From: an uncultured Candidatus Saccharimonas sp.
Lineage (GTDB): Bacteria > Patescibacteriota > Saccharimonadia > Saccharimonadales > Saccharimonadaceae
Assembly: GCA_963522115.1 (NCBI GenBank)
Contig: CAUQWN010000001.1
Span: forward strand, 212,916-276,915
Length of the DNA: 64,000 bases
Direction: 5' to 3'
Each line of letters begins with the position of its first letter. The first letter of the stretch is position 1. The notes below the pieces were generated by a model, which ran no database searches, was not told the DNA's origin, and was given only the letters and a program-made list of their open reading frames with translations. This document shows positions 46,926 to 61,570 of this stretch, one piece after another. The translations under genes and the position numbers were made by a program.

Positions 46926-48230
46926 ATGTTTGTAGATACAGCTAAGATTTTTGTTCAAGCCGGCCGTGGCGGAAATGGTGCGGTTAGTTTTCGAAGGGAA
47001 CTTTATATCGAAAAAGGCGGCCCAGATGGTGGTGATGGCGGAAAGGGCGGCAATGTTATCTTTCGAGCGACTAAAGATCTAAATACACTTTTGAATTTTC
47101 GTTATAAGCCAGAAATTAAAGCTAAAAAAGGTGAAAATGGTTCAAAAAGGAATAAGACTGGAAAATCCGGCGAAGATTTAATTGTCAAGGTTCCTGTGGG
47201 AACTTTAGTTAAACGAGACGGAGAAATTTTAGCTGATTTAAAAGCTGACGGAGAAGAGGCTGTGATCGCTCGAGGTGGTGATGGCGGCTTTGGTAATGCT
47301 CACTTTAAATCTTCAGTTCGGCAAACTCCGCGTGTTGCTGAACTTGGCGAATCTGGTGAAACTTTTGAAGCTGATTTAGAGCTAAAACTGCTTGCTGATG
47401 TCGGGCTAGTTGGTTTTCCGAATGCTGGAAAATCTACATTTTTGAGTGTTGTTTCTAATGCGCGGCCAGAAATTGCCAATTATGCTTTTACGACCCTTAC
47501 TCCAAATCTTGGCGTGGCGGAAATTGATGGTTTTAATTTGTTAATTGCGGATATTCCTGGCCTAATTGAAGGGGCGAGCGAAGGTAAAGGCTTAGGGGAT
47601 GCATTTTTACGTCATGTTGAAAGAACAAGTGTTTTACTTCATTTGATTGATATTTATGAAGAGAATCCAGATGAACAATATAAAATTATTCGTGAAGAAT
47701 TAAAAAAATATCAACCCGAGCTTTTGGATCGGCCTGAAATCATTGCTTTGACTAAGTCAGAAGGAATGGACGCCGAAATGATTGACTTTCAAATTTCGAA
47801 GCTTCATAAAGTGGCTGGTGACTCTCAGATTTTTGCAATTTCTTCGAGCGCGCATCAAGGTTTGAAAGAAGTTCTTCGTGCACTTCGAAAACAAGTTGAA
47901 GAATCTAGAAATATGCAAGCCGAAGTAAATCTTGATGATGAAGAAAATGAAGAGATTGCTGTAATATCTCTATCTCAAGATGAGATCAATAAGGCTTGGT
48001 CGGTTGAATTTAATGAAGAAGAAAACATCTTTGAGATTTATGGTGAAAAAATTGAAAAATTTGCTCGCCGAACTAACTTTATGAATATACACGGCGTAAA
48101 TCGCTTGCGTGATATCTTGCGAAAAATGGGAATTGAACATGAACTCCGCCGAATAGGCGCAGAAAACTCAAGTATAATTTCGATCGCTGGCAATCAATTT
48201 GAGCTAGTTGATTCGAATTGGGAAGATTAA
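46926..48230 (+). CDS. obgE: GTPase ObgE/CgtA
   Basis: MFVD, GGPDGGDGG, GFPNAGKST, YAFTTL.PNLG, DIPGLIEGA. ATG at 46926. Confidence 0.97.
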   Translation: MFVDTAKIFVQAGRGGNGAVSFRRELYIEKGGPDGGDGGKGGNVIFRATKDLNTLLNFRYKPEIKAKKGENGSKRNKTGKSGEDLIVKVPVGTLVKRDGEILADLKADGEEAVIARGGDGGFGNAHFKSSVRQTPRVAELGESGETFEADLELKLLADVGLVGFPNAGKSTFLSVVSNARPEIANYAFTTLTPNLGVAEIDGFNLLIADIPGLIEGASEGKGLGDAFLRHVERTSVLLHLIDIYEENPDEQYKIIREELKKYQPELLDRPEIIALTKSEGMDAEMIDFQISKLHKVAGDSQIFAISSSAHQGLKEVLRALRKQVEESRNMQAEVNLDDEENEEIAVISLSQDEINKAWSVEFNEEENIFEIYGEKIEKFARRTNFMNIHGVNRLRDILRKMGIEHELRRIGAENSSIISIAGNQFELVDSNWED

Positions 48231-48280
48231 AGTTGCTTAAATAAAAAAGCACGATCTTAGTCGTGCTGGATGTATGATAG

Positions 48281-48559
48281 TTAACTTTTAGGCTCATTTT
48301 TGGATTCTTCTAAGGATTCCAATTCTTCCATACCTATATAGAAAGCTATAATCTCTCGAACTTGGCTCTTATCGAATTCTTCTGAAAAGATTTCGATAAT
48401 TTCAATTGGATTATAATCATTATCAAGAAGTAATTTGATCAGCCTTTCTGCAATGTTGTTAATTTCTTCCTCGGCTAGCTGTACGGGGTATAGGCGTATT
48501 TGATCATCAATAACCATCTGTCTTAAAGATGCTGATTCGTAATTTATAAAAATTGCCAT
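48281..48559 (-). CDS. Acidic orphan protein
   Basis: 92 aa, AGGAG SD, promoter TTGACT-17-TAGAAT (48630-48658). Confidence 0.75.
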   Translation of the reverse strand: MAIFINYESASLRQMVIDDQIRLYPVQLAEEEINNIAERLIKLLLDNDYNPIEIIEIFSEEFDKSQVREIIAFYIGMEELESLEESKNEPKS

Positions 48560-48699
48560 TATTCTTCTCCTATAAATGTGCGCGCCACTCTCTGGCGAAT
48601 GAGTGAGATATTATCTCGGAGCTATTTGTATTCTACAATATTTTAATTAAAAAGTCAAGTATATTTGTTATTTTTGTAGTTTTAGAGTAAAATATAAGC

Positions 48700-50148
48700 A
48701 TGAAGACTTTCTTTTTTTATGATCTTGAAACAAGCGGCTTTAGCCCGCAAAGCGATCGAATTATGCAATTTGCAGGACAGCGAACAGATGAAAACCTTAA
48801 TCGAATTGGCGATCCTGTTAATATTTTGGTTAAACTGAATGATGATGTTTTGCCAAGCCCGAGTGCGCTAATGGTGACGAAAATTAGTCCGCAAAAAACG
48901 GTTGAAGAGGGTTATACTGAAGCCGAATTTGCGAAAATACTTGTTGAAGAATATTTTACGCCAGATACAGTGATTGTTGGATATAACAATGTTCGATTTG
49001 ATGATGTTCATATTCAGCATCTTTTGTGGCGAAATTTCTACCCACCATATGATTGGCAATGGAAAGATGGTCGCTCGCGTTGGGATTTACTTGATGTCGT
49101 GCGAATGATTCGCGCTCTTCGTCCGGAAGGTATTAATTGGCCGTTTATTATAAATGAAGAAACTGGCGAAAAATTTGCGGCTAATAAGCTTGAGCTTTTA
49201 ACTAAAGAGAATGGAATTTCGCACGAAAATGCTCATGATGCAATGAGTGATGTTGATGGCTTGATAGATGTTGCGCGACTCTTGAAAGAAAAACAGCCGC
49301 AGATTTTTGATTACTTGTTTAAAATACGTTCGAAAAATGAAGTTCAAAAACTAGTTAATCTTGAAAATCCAAAACCATTTGTTTATACGTCTGGTCGCTT
49401 TAAAGTTGAGTTTGAAAAAACTACTGTGGCTTTTCCAATTGTGCCGGCTAAAAATAAAAATGTAATTGTTTGGGACTTGAGATTTTCTCCTGAGAAATTT
49501 ATTGATTGGAGTGAAGAGCGAATTCTAGAAAATATTACGGCAGATTTCGAGACTCGTTCGCAAGCAGATTTTACGCCACTGCCAGCCAAAGTTTTGCAAT
49601 ATAATAGATGTCCGGCAGTTGCGCCAATGGGTGTTTTGACTGAAAAAAATCAGCAAAGATTGAAGATTGACTTAGTTGAAATTCAAAAAAACTTAGACAT
49701 TTTACGAAAGAATCCACACTTTGCTGAAAACCTTAGATCTGCTTTCGAAAGGCGAAGTGAAGTTTTTCAATATAAGAGCAGTACAGAAAAACCAGCTCCA
49801 GAAGCTCGGCTTTTTGAAGGTTTTGTTTCAAAAAGTGATGATATTAAAATTGAAGCTGTTCGAAATTCTACTGATCGCGAGCTCGCTGATTTTCATCCAG
49901 ATTTTGCCGACGAACGATTGACGGATCTACTTCTTCATTATAAAGCAAGGAGTTTTCCGAAAAGTTTAAGTTCTCAAGAAAAAGAGCTTTGGGAAGAGTA
50001 TCGGGTAAAAAATTTACAAAAAATGATGCCCAATTTTATGAAAGAATTCCAAGAAATTGCAAATAACCAAAATCTAAATTCACAAGAAGAATATATTTTA
50101 GAAGAAATTAAACTTTGGCTTGAAAATATTTTACCAGAAACTGACTAG
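48700..50148 (+). CDS. sbcB: Exodeoxyribonuclease I
   Basis: FYDLETSG, QFAGQRTD, GYNNVRFDD, RPEGINWP, HENAHDAMSDV, YKARSFP. Confidence 0.95.
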   Translation: MKTFFFYDLETSGFSPQSDRIMQFAGQRTDENLNRIGDPVNILVKLNDDVLPSPSALMVTKISPQKTVEEGYTEAEFAKILVEEYFTPDTVIVGYNNVRFDDVHIQHLLWRNFYPPYDWQWKDGRSRWDLLDVVRMIRALRPEGINWPFIINEETGEKFAANKLELLTKENGISHENAHDAMSDVDGLIDVARLLKEKQPQIFDYLFKIRSKNEVQKLVNLENPKPFVYTSGRFKVEFEKTTVAFPIVPAKNKNVIVWDLRFSPEKFIDWSEERILENITADFETRSQADFTPLPAKVLQYNRCPAVAPMGVLTEKNQQRLKIDLVEIQKNLDILRKNPHFAENLRSAFERRSEVFQYKSSTEKPAPEARLFEGFVSKSDDIKIEAVRNSTDRELADFHPDFADERLTDLLLHYKARSFPKSLSSQEKELWEEYRVKNLQKMMPNFMKEFQEIANNQNLNSQEEYILEEIKLWLENILPETD

Positions 50149-50744
50149 TCTATAATCCCGATAAAAATTGTGACAGCTCCTAAAATTGCATGGCTAATGA
50201 TTACTCCAGTGAGGTTCTTGGTTTTGAGATATTTTTGATGCCACAATAGACCAATTAGAAATGTTAATATACAGGTTATGAGATCTTTATAGCCTAAATG
50301 CGCTAAGCTATATAAAATCGATGAAATTAAGATGATTGAGAATTTTCGAAAATTTATTTGTTGTAAAATACTCGTTAATGCTCCTCTATAAAGAAATTCT
50401 TGAATAGGCGAAGATACAAAAATATAAAATAAGTAAAAAGACAGAGTTTCGCTCGGCTGGAATCTTGATATTTTAAAGCTGGATAAAATAATTCCAATAA
50501 CTATAAGAATAAGTGTTATTACTGAAATATCTCGAATTGACTGTGTGGTCTTTGCTGGTTTGATGCCGAGGGAGCTGTTATTGAAGCCTGATAATCTGAG
50601 TATGGTATAAATTAAAATTCCGCCAATAGTTAAAATTATGAATTTATTTTTAAAAAATAATGGATTAATCAATAATAAAAATGGAATAACTATATAAAAA
50701 GTGAATATTAATAACAATATTAATCTGTTACTTTTGTGTGTCAT
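50145..50744 (-). CDS. CPBP (CAAX/Abi) family intramembrane metalloprotease
   Basis: Polytopic protein with QEFLYRG, YSLAH, SHAILG. Confidence 0.85.
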   Translation of the reverse strand: MTHKSNRLILLLIFTFYIVIPFLLLINPLFFKNKFIILTIGGILIYTILRLSGFNNSSLGIKPAKTTQSIRDISVITLILIVIGIILSSFKISRFQPSETLSFYLFYIFVSSPIQEFLYRGALTSILQQINFRKFSIILISSILYSLAHLGYKDLITCILTFLIGLLWHQKYLKTKNLTGVIISHAILGAVTIFIGIID

Positions 50745-51988
50745 TTCGTTAGTTCTTTAATTTCTGGCGACCATTCACCAGCTAAGATTTTTTTATTTTG
50801 CTTGTCTAATGATATAAGCTCGCGAACCTCTTTCGGTAGATTGTCTTCTGAATGCTTGAAGCCTGTTGTCCACTGATAACCCTTATTATAGCCTAGTTCC
50901 TTGGTAATTTTAGAAGTAGAATTTCTTAAGTGTAAAGGAATAGGGGCGTTTGGGGCTTTTTTTGCTAAGTTATAAGATTGAAACATAATTCCGGTAGCTT
51001 CACGTGATTTTTTAGATTTTGCTAAAGCTATTGCAGTGTGAAATAAAATATATTTTGCTTCTGGCATTCCTATTTTTTCAACCGAATCAAAAGCAGAATT
51101 TGCCAAACTAAGAGCACCATTTCCAGCTAGCCCAATATCCTCACTCGCAAAAATAATCATTCGGCGGGCAATATATTTTGGGTCCTCGCCGGCATTTAAC
51201 ATTTTAGCTAGATAGTAGCCAGTAGCATCAACGTCGCTGGCTCGCATGCTTTTGATAAAAGCCGAGATTGCATCATAATGAGAATCGCCATTTTTATCAT
51301 AAATTAATGTTGAATTTTCGATTGAATTTTTAATAACTTCTGGCGTAATGTTATTTTTTTCGAAATTTAAAATTAGCTCGAGATTTCCAAGCGCATTTCG
51401 AGCATCGCCACTACTTATTTTAGCGAGAAGTTTGAGTGCTTCTGGCTCTATTTTTGTTTTTGGTGAAACTTTTTCAAGTGCATTTTTGATGATTTTTGAA
51501 ATCTCATCAATATTTAAAGGTTTGAGCGACAGAACTCGACTTCTTGAAAGTAGCGGTGTGATAATTTCGAATCCTGGATTCTCGGTTGTTGCGCCAATCA
51601 AATTTATTAATCCACTTTCAATATGTGGCAAAAAAGCATCTTGCTGCGATTTATTGAAACGGTGAATTTCATCAACAAAAAGAATTGTTCGTGTTCCGAG
51701 GTTCCAGTTTTGGCGAGCATGTTCGATAACTTTTTCAATATCTTTTTTACCACTAGTGACGGCTGAAATTTCAATAAAATCTGCATTGACTTCATTCGCC
51801 AAAATTCTTGAAAGAGTCGTTTTACCGGTTCCAGCTGGCCCCCAAAAGATTAAGCTGATAGGTTCTTTGTTTTCGATTATTTTTCGTAAAATTCCATTTT
51901 TACCAATAAGGTGAGATTGGCCAATAACTTCAGCAAGCTTTTTTGGCCTCATTTTTTCAGCAAGGGGAATTCTTTGTTGGTAATCCAT
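50741..51988 (-). CDS. rarA: Replication-associated recombination protein A (MgsA)
   Basis: PLAEKMRP, GPAGTGKT, DEIHRFNKSQQD, GATTENP, HYDAISAFIKSMR, ASEDIG. Confidence 0.96.
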   Translation of the reverse strand: MDYQQRIPLAEKMRPKKLAEVIGQSHLIGKNGILRKIIENKEPISLIFWGPAGTGKTTLSRILANEVNADFIEISAVTSGKKDIEKVIEHARQNWNLGTRTILFVDEIHRFNKSQQDAFLPHIESGLINLIGATTENPGFEIITPLLSRSRVLSLKPLNIDEISKIIKNALEKVSPKTKIEPEALKLLAKISSGDARNALGNLELILNFEKNNITPEVIKNSIENSTLIYDKNGDSHYDAISAFIKSMRASDVDATGYYLAKMLNAGEDPKYIARRMIIFASEDIGLAGNGALSLANSAFDSVEKIGMPEAKYILFHTAIALAKSKKSREATGIMFQSYNLAKKAPNAPIPLHLRNSTSKITKELGYNKGYQWTTGFKHSEDNLPKEVRELISLDKQNKKILAGEWSPEIKELTK

Positions 51989-52107
51989 TTCTATATTTTA
52001 CCATTTTAATGTAAAAACTGCAAAAATGGCCTTTTCGAAATTTGAAAAAAACACTATTTTATGGTATCATTTAGCTAAGTAGTCAATTAAAATGAATTTG
52101 AGGAATT

Positions 52108-53406
52108 ATGAAAATTAATACAAAACCATTGCCTGGGATGATGGAGTTATTGCCAGAAGAGCAACTCGAGTTTAATCGAATTATGGCAATTATTCAAAAA
52201 AATTATGAAAAATTCGGATTTACGCTGATTGATACACCAGTGATTGAGCGAACAGAGACTCTTCTTGCAAAAGCTGGTGGTGAGACCGAGAAGCAGATTT
52301 ATCGTTTTTCAAAAGGTGATAATGATTTAAGTTTGCGGTTTGATTTGACTGTACCGACTGCAAGATTTGTTGCTGAGAATTTTGGTCAGTTGCAATTTCC
52401 TTTTAAACGTTCGCAAATTGGTAAAGTCTATCGCGGCGAAAGAGCGCAGCGAGGTCGTTTTCGTGAATTTTATCAATGCGATATTGATGTGATTGGGCGA
52501 GACAAATTAAGCATTTCTTATGATGCTGAAGTTATTTCAGTAATTTATAATATTTTTCGAGAGCTAAATTTTGGTGATTTTACTCTTCGAATTAATAACC
52601 GAAATATCACGAGCGGTTTAATTGAAGGGCTTGGATTAACTGAAAAATCAGCTGAAATTATGGCTTTGATTGATCGTGCTGAGAAAATTTCAACTGAGGA
52701 GTTTTCAGGGCAACTTACAGATTTAAATTTAGGAGAAAAGTCTCAAATAATTTCTGATTTCATTAAAATCTCAGGTTCAGCTGAAGATGTTGTATGCGAG
52801 TTAAAAAATCTTTCTCAAAAAATCAAAAATCAACGATTCGAAAAAGGAATTGAGGAGCTTTCCGAAGTTTCTAAACTGTTAAAAATGATGGGCGTTGAAG
52901 AAAAATATTTCAAACTCGATATGCTAATCGTTCGCGGTCTAGATTATTACACAGGAACAGTTTTTGAAACAAATTTGAACAACTTCAATGAAATTGGCTC
53001 AGTTTCTAGTGGTGGGCGTTATGATAATTTAAGCGAATATTATTCGAAAGAAGAATTACCAGGAGTCGGTGCTTCAATTGGTTTAACTCGATTGTTTTGG
53101 TGCCTACGAGACTTGGGCTTGCTGAAATTTTCAAAACGCTCAACTGCGGATTTTTTAATAGTTCCAATGAGTAAAAACGAGCTTCAAAAATCTTTCGAAA
53201 TTGCTGGTGAATTAAGAAAAGAAGGTAAAAATACTGAAGTTCTGCTTGAAGATTTTAATATGAAAAAAGCTTTTAAGTTTGCCGATAAGCGGGGTGTTAA
53301 ATATACTTTAGTAATTGGTGAAAAAGAAATTTCTGAAAATTCATTTATTTTTAAAGATATGGAAACTGGTGAAAAGTTAGAATTAGCCGAAATTCTAAAA
53401 AAATAG
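52108..53406 (+). CDS. hisS: Histidine--tRNA ligase
   Basis: LRFDLTVP, YRGERAQRGRFREFYQCD, RGLDYY, GGRYD, GASIGLTR. Confidence 0.97.
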   Translation: MKINTKPLPGMMELLPEEQLEFNRIMAIIQKNYEKFGFTLIDTPVIERTETLLAKAGGETEKQIYRFSKGDNDLSLRFDLTVPTARFVAENFGQLQFPFKRSQIGKVYRGERAQRGRFREFYQCDIDVIGRDKLSISYDAEVISVIYNIFRELNFGDFTLRINNRNITSGLIEGLGLTEKSAEIMALIDRAEKISTEEFSGQLTDLNLGEKSQIISDFIKISGSAEDVVCELKNLSQKIKNQRFEKGIEELSEVSKLLKMMGVEEKYFKLDMLIVRGLDYYTGTVFETNLNNFNEIGSVSSGGRYDNLSEYYSKEELPGVGASIGLTRLFWCLRDLGLLKFSKRSTADFLIVPMSKNELQKSFEIAGELRKEGKNTEVLLEDFNMKKAFKFADKRGVKYTLVIGEKEISENSFIFKDMETGEKLELAEILKK

Positions 53407-53459
53407 TGCTATTGTTTATTTTTTAAAAAATATGTGGTATAATCATTTTATATCACTTT

Positions 53460-53533
53460 GGCGCCTTGGCGGAGTGGTTACGCAGCGGTCTGCAAAACCG
53501 TTTACACCGGTTCAAATCCGGTAGGTGCCTCCA
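53460..53533 (+). tRNA. tRNA-Cys(GCA)
   Basis: GGCGCCT...GCGGT-CT-GCA-AA-ACCGT...AGGTGCC-T-CCA. Confidence 0.95.
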
Positions 53534-53557
53534 AAATATTTAAGTAAAGGAAACCAT

Positions 53558-53869
53558 ATGAAAGAAGAAAATCAAAGAGTTGTAGAAATTCGAAAAGGTG
53601 AAAATGAATCAAATGTTCGCCCAGTAGTTGTTGCTCCAGTATCAAAAAAGAAGAAATATAGTCAAACAGTAAAAAGTATTCGGCAAATTTGTGTTTGGTT
53701 TAATATTTTTACGGCTATGGTTTGTGCCTTAATCAGCCTAGTATATATTTGGGTAGACAATAATCTAGGGGAATTAATGGGTAAGGCTTGGGCTACGTTC
53801 TTAGTGCTTGGTGCTTTTTCTCTATTCATTATGATTATCGCTCCACTTCTTGATAAAGATGAAGCTTAA
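53558..53869 (+). CDS. Small two-TM membrane protein
   Basis: AAGGA SD before the ATG at 53558; two hydrophobic helices. Confidence 0.75.
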   Translation: MKEENQRVVEIRKGENESNVRPVVVAPVSKKKKYSQTVKSIRQICVWFNIFTAMVCALISLVYIWVDNNLGELMGKAWATFLVLGAFSLFIMIIAPLLDKDEA

Positions 53870-53926
53870 GTTTATAACACGCCTTGACTTTTGCAGTTAA
53901 GGCGTGTAAAATATAAATATAAATAT

Positions 53927-54014
53927 GCGCGAGTGGCGGAATTGGTAGACGCGAGGGACTTAAAATCCCTTGACCTAAACAGTCGTGCGGGTTCGATTCC
54001 CGCCTCGCGCACCA
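53927..54014 (+). tRNA. tRNA-Leu(UAA)
   Basis: GCGCGAG...AGGGA-CT-TAA-AA-TCCCT, long variable arm, CTCGCGC-A-CCA. Confidence 0.95.
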
Positions 54015-54044
54015 AATTTAACAATAGTAGGAGAGTATAATAAA

Positions 54045-54608
54045 ATGACAATTGCAATTATTGTAATTATTGCTGTTCTTGTCCTTGTTGGGCTTTTTGT
54101 TTGGAGCCAATACAACGCACTTGTGCGGCTTAATGAAAGAGTTGAAGAAGCTTGGAGTGATATCGCTGTTCAGCTAAAATACAGAGCAGATTTGATCCCT
54201 AATCTTGTTGAAACTGTAAAAGGTTATGCAACTCATGAGAAAGAAGTTTTCGAAAATGTAAGTAGTGCACGAGCTGGATTAATAGGTGCTGGAAACAATG
54301 TTTCTGATGCTGCTAAAGCTGAGGGTGAACTTTCACAGGCGCTCGGCCGTCTGTTTGCTGTTGCCGAAAATTACCCTGAACTAAAGGCTAATGAGGGCTT
54401 TATACGTTTTCAACAACAACAGCAAGAAATCGAAGATAAAATTCAAGGTGCACGCCGATTTTATAATGGTGGTGTTCGAGACCTTAATATTAAGATTAAA
54501 GTATTCCCAACTAATATTTTTGCTAAAAAATTAGGTTTTGAAAAGAGGGAATTCTTCGAAGTAGAAGATAGAAAAGTAGTCGAATCTGCGCCTCAAGTAA
54601 AATTCTAA
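54045..54608 (+). CDS. lemA: LemA family protein
   Basis: YNALV, AWSDI, DLIPNLVETVKGYA, AENYPELKA, RRFYN; SD AGGAG before the ATG at 54045. Confidence 0.95.
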   Translation: MTIAIIVIIAVLVLVGLFVWSQYNALVRLNERVEEAWSDIAVQLKYRADLIPNLVETVKGYATHEKEVFENVSSARAGLIGAGNNVSDAAKAEGELSQALGRLFAVAENYPELKANEGFIRFQQQQQEIEDKIQGARRFYNGGVRDLNIKIKVFPTNIFAKKLGFEKREFFEVEDRKVVESAPQVKF

Positions 54609-54634
54609 TTTATTTTTTAGAGGTTTTATTAAAT

Positions 54635-55506
54635 ATGTATAGCTCAATTTCTCAGAATAAGCGTAATACTGTGATTATTTTCTCATTATTTATTGCGATT
54701 ATTTCTGGGATTGGGCTATATTTTTCTTACATCTATAACGATTTAATAATTTTTATTTTTACGCTAATTTTTACTATTTTTTATGCATTATTTCAGTATA
54801 AGATTTCGACAGCCATTACTTTAAAAATGAATGGTGCTGAGCCGATCTCAAAAAAAGATGCTCCTGAATTTTATTCAATAGTTGAATCATTATCTATTAC
54901 TGCTGGCCTACCAATGCCAAAGCTTTATATCATCAATGATTCTTCGATGAATGCTTTTGCAGCCGGAACTGATCCTGAGAATTCCGTAATCTGTGCAACA
55001 ACAGGGCTTCTTGAGAATATGGATAAGGTTGAAATTGAAGGAGTGATGGCTCATGAAATTTCACATATTAAGAATTATGATATTCGAGTCTCAATAACAG
55101 CAGTTGCTTTAACTGCTGTTATTGGGGTGCTTTCCGATATTGTTTTAAGGTTTATTTTTCTAAATGACGACGATGAGGATTCGAAAAACCCAATCGCTTT
55201 AATCTTGGGACTATTTTTTGTTTTGATTTCGCCACTTTTAGCTACAATAACAAGGCTTGCAATTTCTCGTCAGCGTGAATTTTTAGCTGACGCAACCGCT
55301 GTTTCATTAACTAGATATCCAGATGGCTTAATCAGTGCTCTTGAAAAGTTAAAAAATAATAAGCCTCTTGAAAGACAAAACTCAACAACGGCAAGCTTAT
55401 TTATTTCCAATCCTATGAAACAGGGCTTTTTTCAGAAATTATTTTCAACACATCCACCTTTAGATGACAGGATTAATAGATTGAAAGAAAATAGTGCGAG
55501 GTTTTA

Positions 55507-55507
<1 letters not shown>
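54635..55507 (+). CDS. htpX: M48 family zinc metalloprotease HtpX
   Basis: NAFA, AHEISH, SRQREFLADA, FSTHPP; follows lemA. Confidence 0.93.
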
Positions 55508-59057
<3,550 letters not shown>

Positions 59058-59100
59058 TTTTTTGATTTTTTATACTATTTTTGGTATAATTTAAAATAGT

Positions 59101-61542
59101 ATGAAAAGATATAATCCGATTGAAATTGAAGAAAAATGGCAAAAAAAATGGGATGAATCAAAGCTTTATGAGGTTGAAGCGGATTCTTCGAAACAGAAAA
59201 TGTATATTTCGGGAATGTTTCCATATCCAAGTGGGGCAGGACTTCACACTGGGCATGCAAGGAGTTATACGATTGTTGATTCGATCGCGCGTTTTTATCG
59301 CCAGCAGGGCAAAAATGTTTTAAACCCAATTGGTTGGGATACTTTTGGCTTGCCAGCAGAAAATTATGCAATTAAAACTGGGATATCTCCACAGGAAGCT
59401 ACAAAAACAAATATTGCAAATTTCAAAAAACAATTTAAACGACTTGGAATTTCAATCGATTGGTCGCGAGAAATTAACACTTCAAATCCAGAATATTACA
59501 AATGGACACAGTGGATTTTTCGTGAGCTCTATAAAAAAGGCCTAGCTTATCGAAAAGAGAGCTACCAGTGGTGGTGTGATAATGACAAAACAGTTCTTGC
59601 CAATGAACAGGTTGAAAATGGCCGATGCTGGCGCTGTGGCGAAGAAGTTTCAAAAAAACAAATGACTCAGTGGTTCTTTAAAATTACTGCATATGCTGAC
59701 GAACTTTTGGCTGATATTGATAATCTTGATTGGCCTGAAAAAATCAAAACAATGCAGCGAAACTGGATTGGTAAATCTGAAGGTGCTGAGGTGGAATTCA
59801 AGATTGCCGATGGTGAAGCTAAAGGTGAAAAAATTAAAGTTTTTACAACTCGACCAGATACAATTTTCGGTGTGACATTTTTAACTATTGCGCCAGAACA
59901 TGAATTGCTCGAAAAACTCTCTACTGATTTAACTAGAGAAAAACTTGAAGAATATAAGAAAAAATCACTTAAAAAATCTGAAATTGAGCGCCAAGAAAAT
60001 AAAGAAAAGACAGGAATTTTTACTGGAAGTTATGCAATAAATCCAGCGAATGGTAAGAAAATCCCAATTTGGGTGAGTGATTATGTGCTTGGAGGCTATA
60101 GTGAAGGGGCTGTTATGGCGGTTCCTGCTCATGATGAGCGAGATTTTGAATTTGCTAAAAAATTTGATTTGGATATTATAAAAGTTGTTGAGAAGCCTGA
60201 GAGCATGGCGGATGATGATTCTTGCTATCATGGAGAAGGAGTTATGGTTAACTCTGGTGAATTTAACGGTCAAAAATCAGAGGATGTTCGCGAACAGATT
60301 TTAGGCTGGCTTGAAGAATCTGGATTTGGTCGCTCGAAAACTACATATAAAATGCGAGATTGGTTGATTTCTCGGCAGCGCTATTGGGGTTGCCCAATTC
60401 CAATTGCTTATGATAAAGATGGGAAAGAGCACTTAATTCCCGAAGAACAATTGCCTGTGATGCTTCCAACTTTGAGTGATTTTAAGCCTGATGATTCTGG
60501 AAAGTCGGCCCTTGCTAAGAGTAAAGAATTCATTACAGTTGAAATTAATGGCGAAAAAATGACTCGTGAAACCGATACGATGGACGGTTACGCATGCTCA
60601 AGCTGGTATCTTTTGCGATATGCTGACCCTCGAAATTCTAAGCAAGCTTGGGATTCTGAGCTTGTAAATTACTGGGCACCGGTTGATTATTATGTTGGTG
60701 GCGACCACGCGGTTGCGCATTTACTGTATATTCGTTTTTGGACTCATGTTTTTAGAGATTTGGGACTAACTAATTTTGCTGAACCAGTTAAAAAACTCCT
60801 TTATCACGGATATATCAATGCGGAGGATGGTTCGAAAATGAGTAAATCAAAGGGGAATACTATTGATCCGCTTGAAGTCATCGACCAAGGATATGGTGCA
60901 GATTCACTTCGAACTTATGAAATGTTTATTGCTCCATATGAAGTTGATGCTTCTTGGGATTCACGAGGTATAGCTGGAGTTTATCGTTTTCTAAATCGTG
61001 TTTGGGTTTTGATTCAAGAATTTATTGAATCTGAAAAATCTGCTGAAAATCTTTCGAATTTTGCTGAAATCCAAAAAATTCAGCATAAAACCATCAAAAA
61101 AGTTACTGAAGATTTTCACCGCGAAAGCCTGAATACTGCGGTTGCTGCTCTGATGGAATTTGTAAATGATCTGTATAAATTGAAACTTGAAGGTTTTTCG
61201 AACGATTGGCGATTTGTTTTAGAAGATTTACTTAAAATGCTCGTTCCATTTGCGCCACATATTTCGAGCGAACTCTGGCAGCAGCTTGGAAATGATGACT
61301 TTATTGAAAAGTCTGGCTGGCCAAAATGGAATGAAGAGCTTTTGAAAACTGATGAAATTCAAATTATTGTTCAAGTTAATGGAAAGCTCCGCGGGAAAAT
61401 TAAAGTTTCGGCAAACTCTGAAAAGGATGAAATTCTTGCTGCTGCAAAAGCAGAAGATAACGTTTCGAAATTCTTGCAAGACAAGGAGATTTTGAAAGAA
61501 ATTTTTGTTCCGAATAAATTAATTAACTTCGTTGTTAAATAA
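59101..61542 (+). CDS. leuS: Leucine--tRNA ligase
   Basis: MFPYPSG.GLHTGH, GLPAEN, FTTRPDT, AVPAHDERD, SRQRYWG, KMSKS. Confidence 0.97.
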   Translation: MKRYNPIEIEEKWQKKWDESKLYEVEADSSKQKMYISGMFPYPSGAGLHTGHARSYTIVDSIARFYRQQGKNVLNPIGWDTFGLPAENYAIKTGISPQEATKTNIANFKKQFKRLGISIDWSREINTSNPEYYKWTQWIFRELYKKGLAYRKESYQWWCDNDKTVLANEQVENGRCWRCGEEVSKKQMTQWFFKITAYADELLADIDNLDWPEKIKTMQRNWIGKSEGAEVEFKIADGEAKGEKIKVFTTRPDTIFGVTFLTIAPEHELLEKLSTDLTREKLEEYKKKSLKKSEIERQENKEKTGIFTGSYAINPANGKKIPIWVSDYVLGGYSEGAVMAVPAHDERDFEFAKKFDLDIIKVVEKPESMADDDSCYHGEGVMVNSGEFNGQKSEDVREQILGWLEESGFGRSKTTYKMRDWLISRQRYWGCPIPIAYDKDGKEHLIPEEQLPVMLPTLSDFKPDDSGKSALAKSKEFITVEINGEKMTRETDTMDGYACSSWYLLRYADPRNSKQAWDSELVNYWAPVDYYVGGDHAVAHLLYIRFWTHVFRDLGLTNFAEPVKKLLYHGYINAEDGSKMSKSKGNTIDPLEVIDQGYGADSLRTYEMFIAPYEVDASWDSRGIAGVYRFLNRVWVLIQEFIESEKSAENLSNFAEIQKIQHKTIKKVTEDFHRESLNTAVAALMEFVNDLYKLKLEGFSNDWRFVLEDLLKMLVPFAPHISSELWQQLGNDDFIEKSGWPKWNEELLKTDEIQIIVQVNGKLRGKIKVSANSEKDEILAAAKAEDNVSKFLQDKEILKEIFVPNKLINFVVK

Positions 61543-61570
61543 TAAAATGGAGGTTTATTCCTCCATTTTA

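Noticed and set aside
53525..54057. ORF starts at 53525 and 53985, and ORFs 53872-54057 and 17727-17963
   Set aside because: They overlap tRNA genes; SD-supported ATGs lie at 53558 and 54045.
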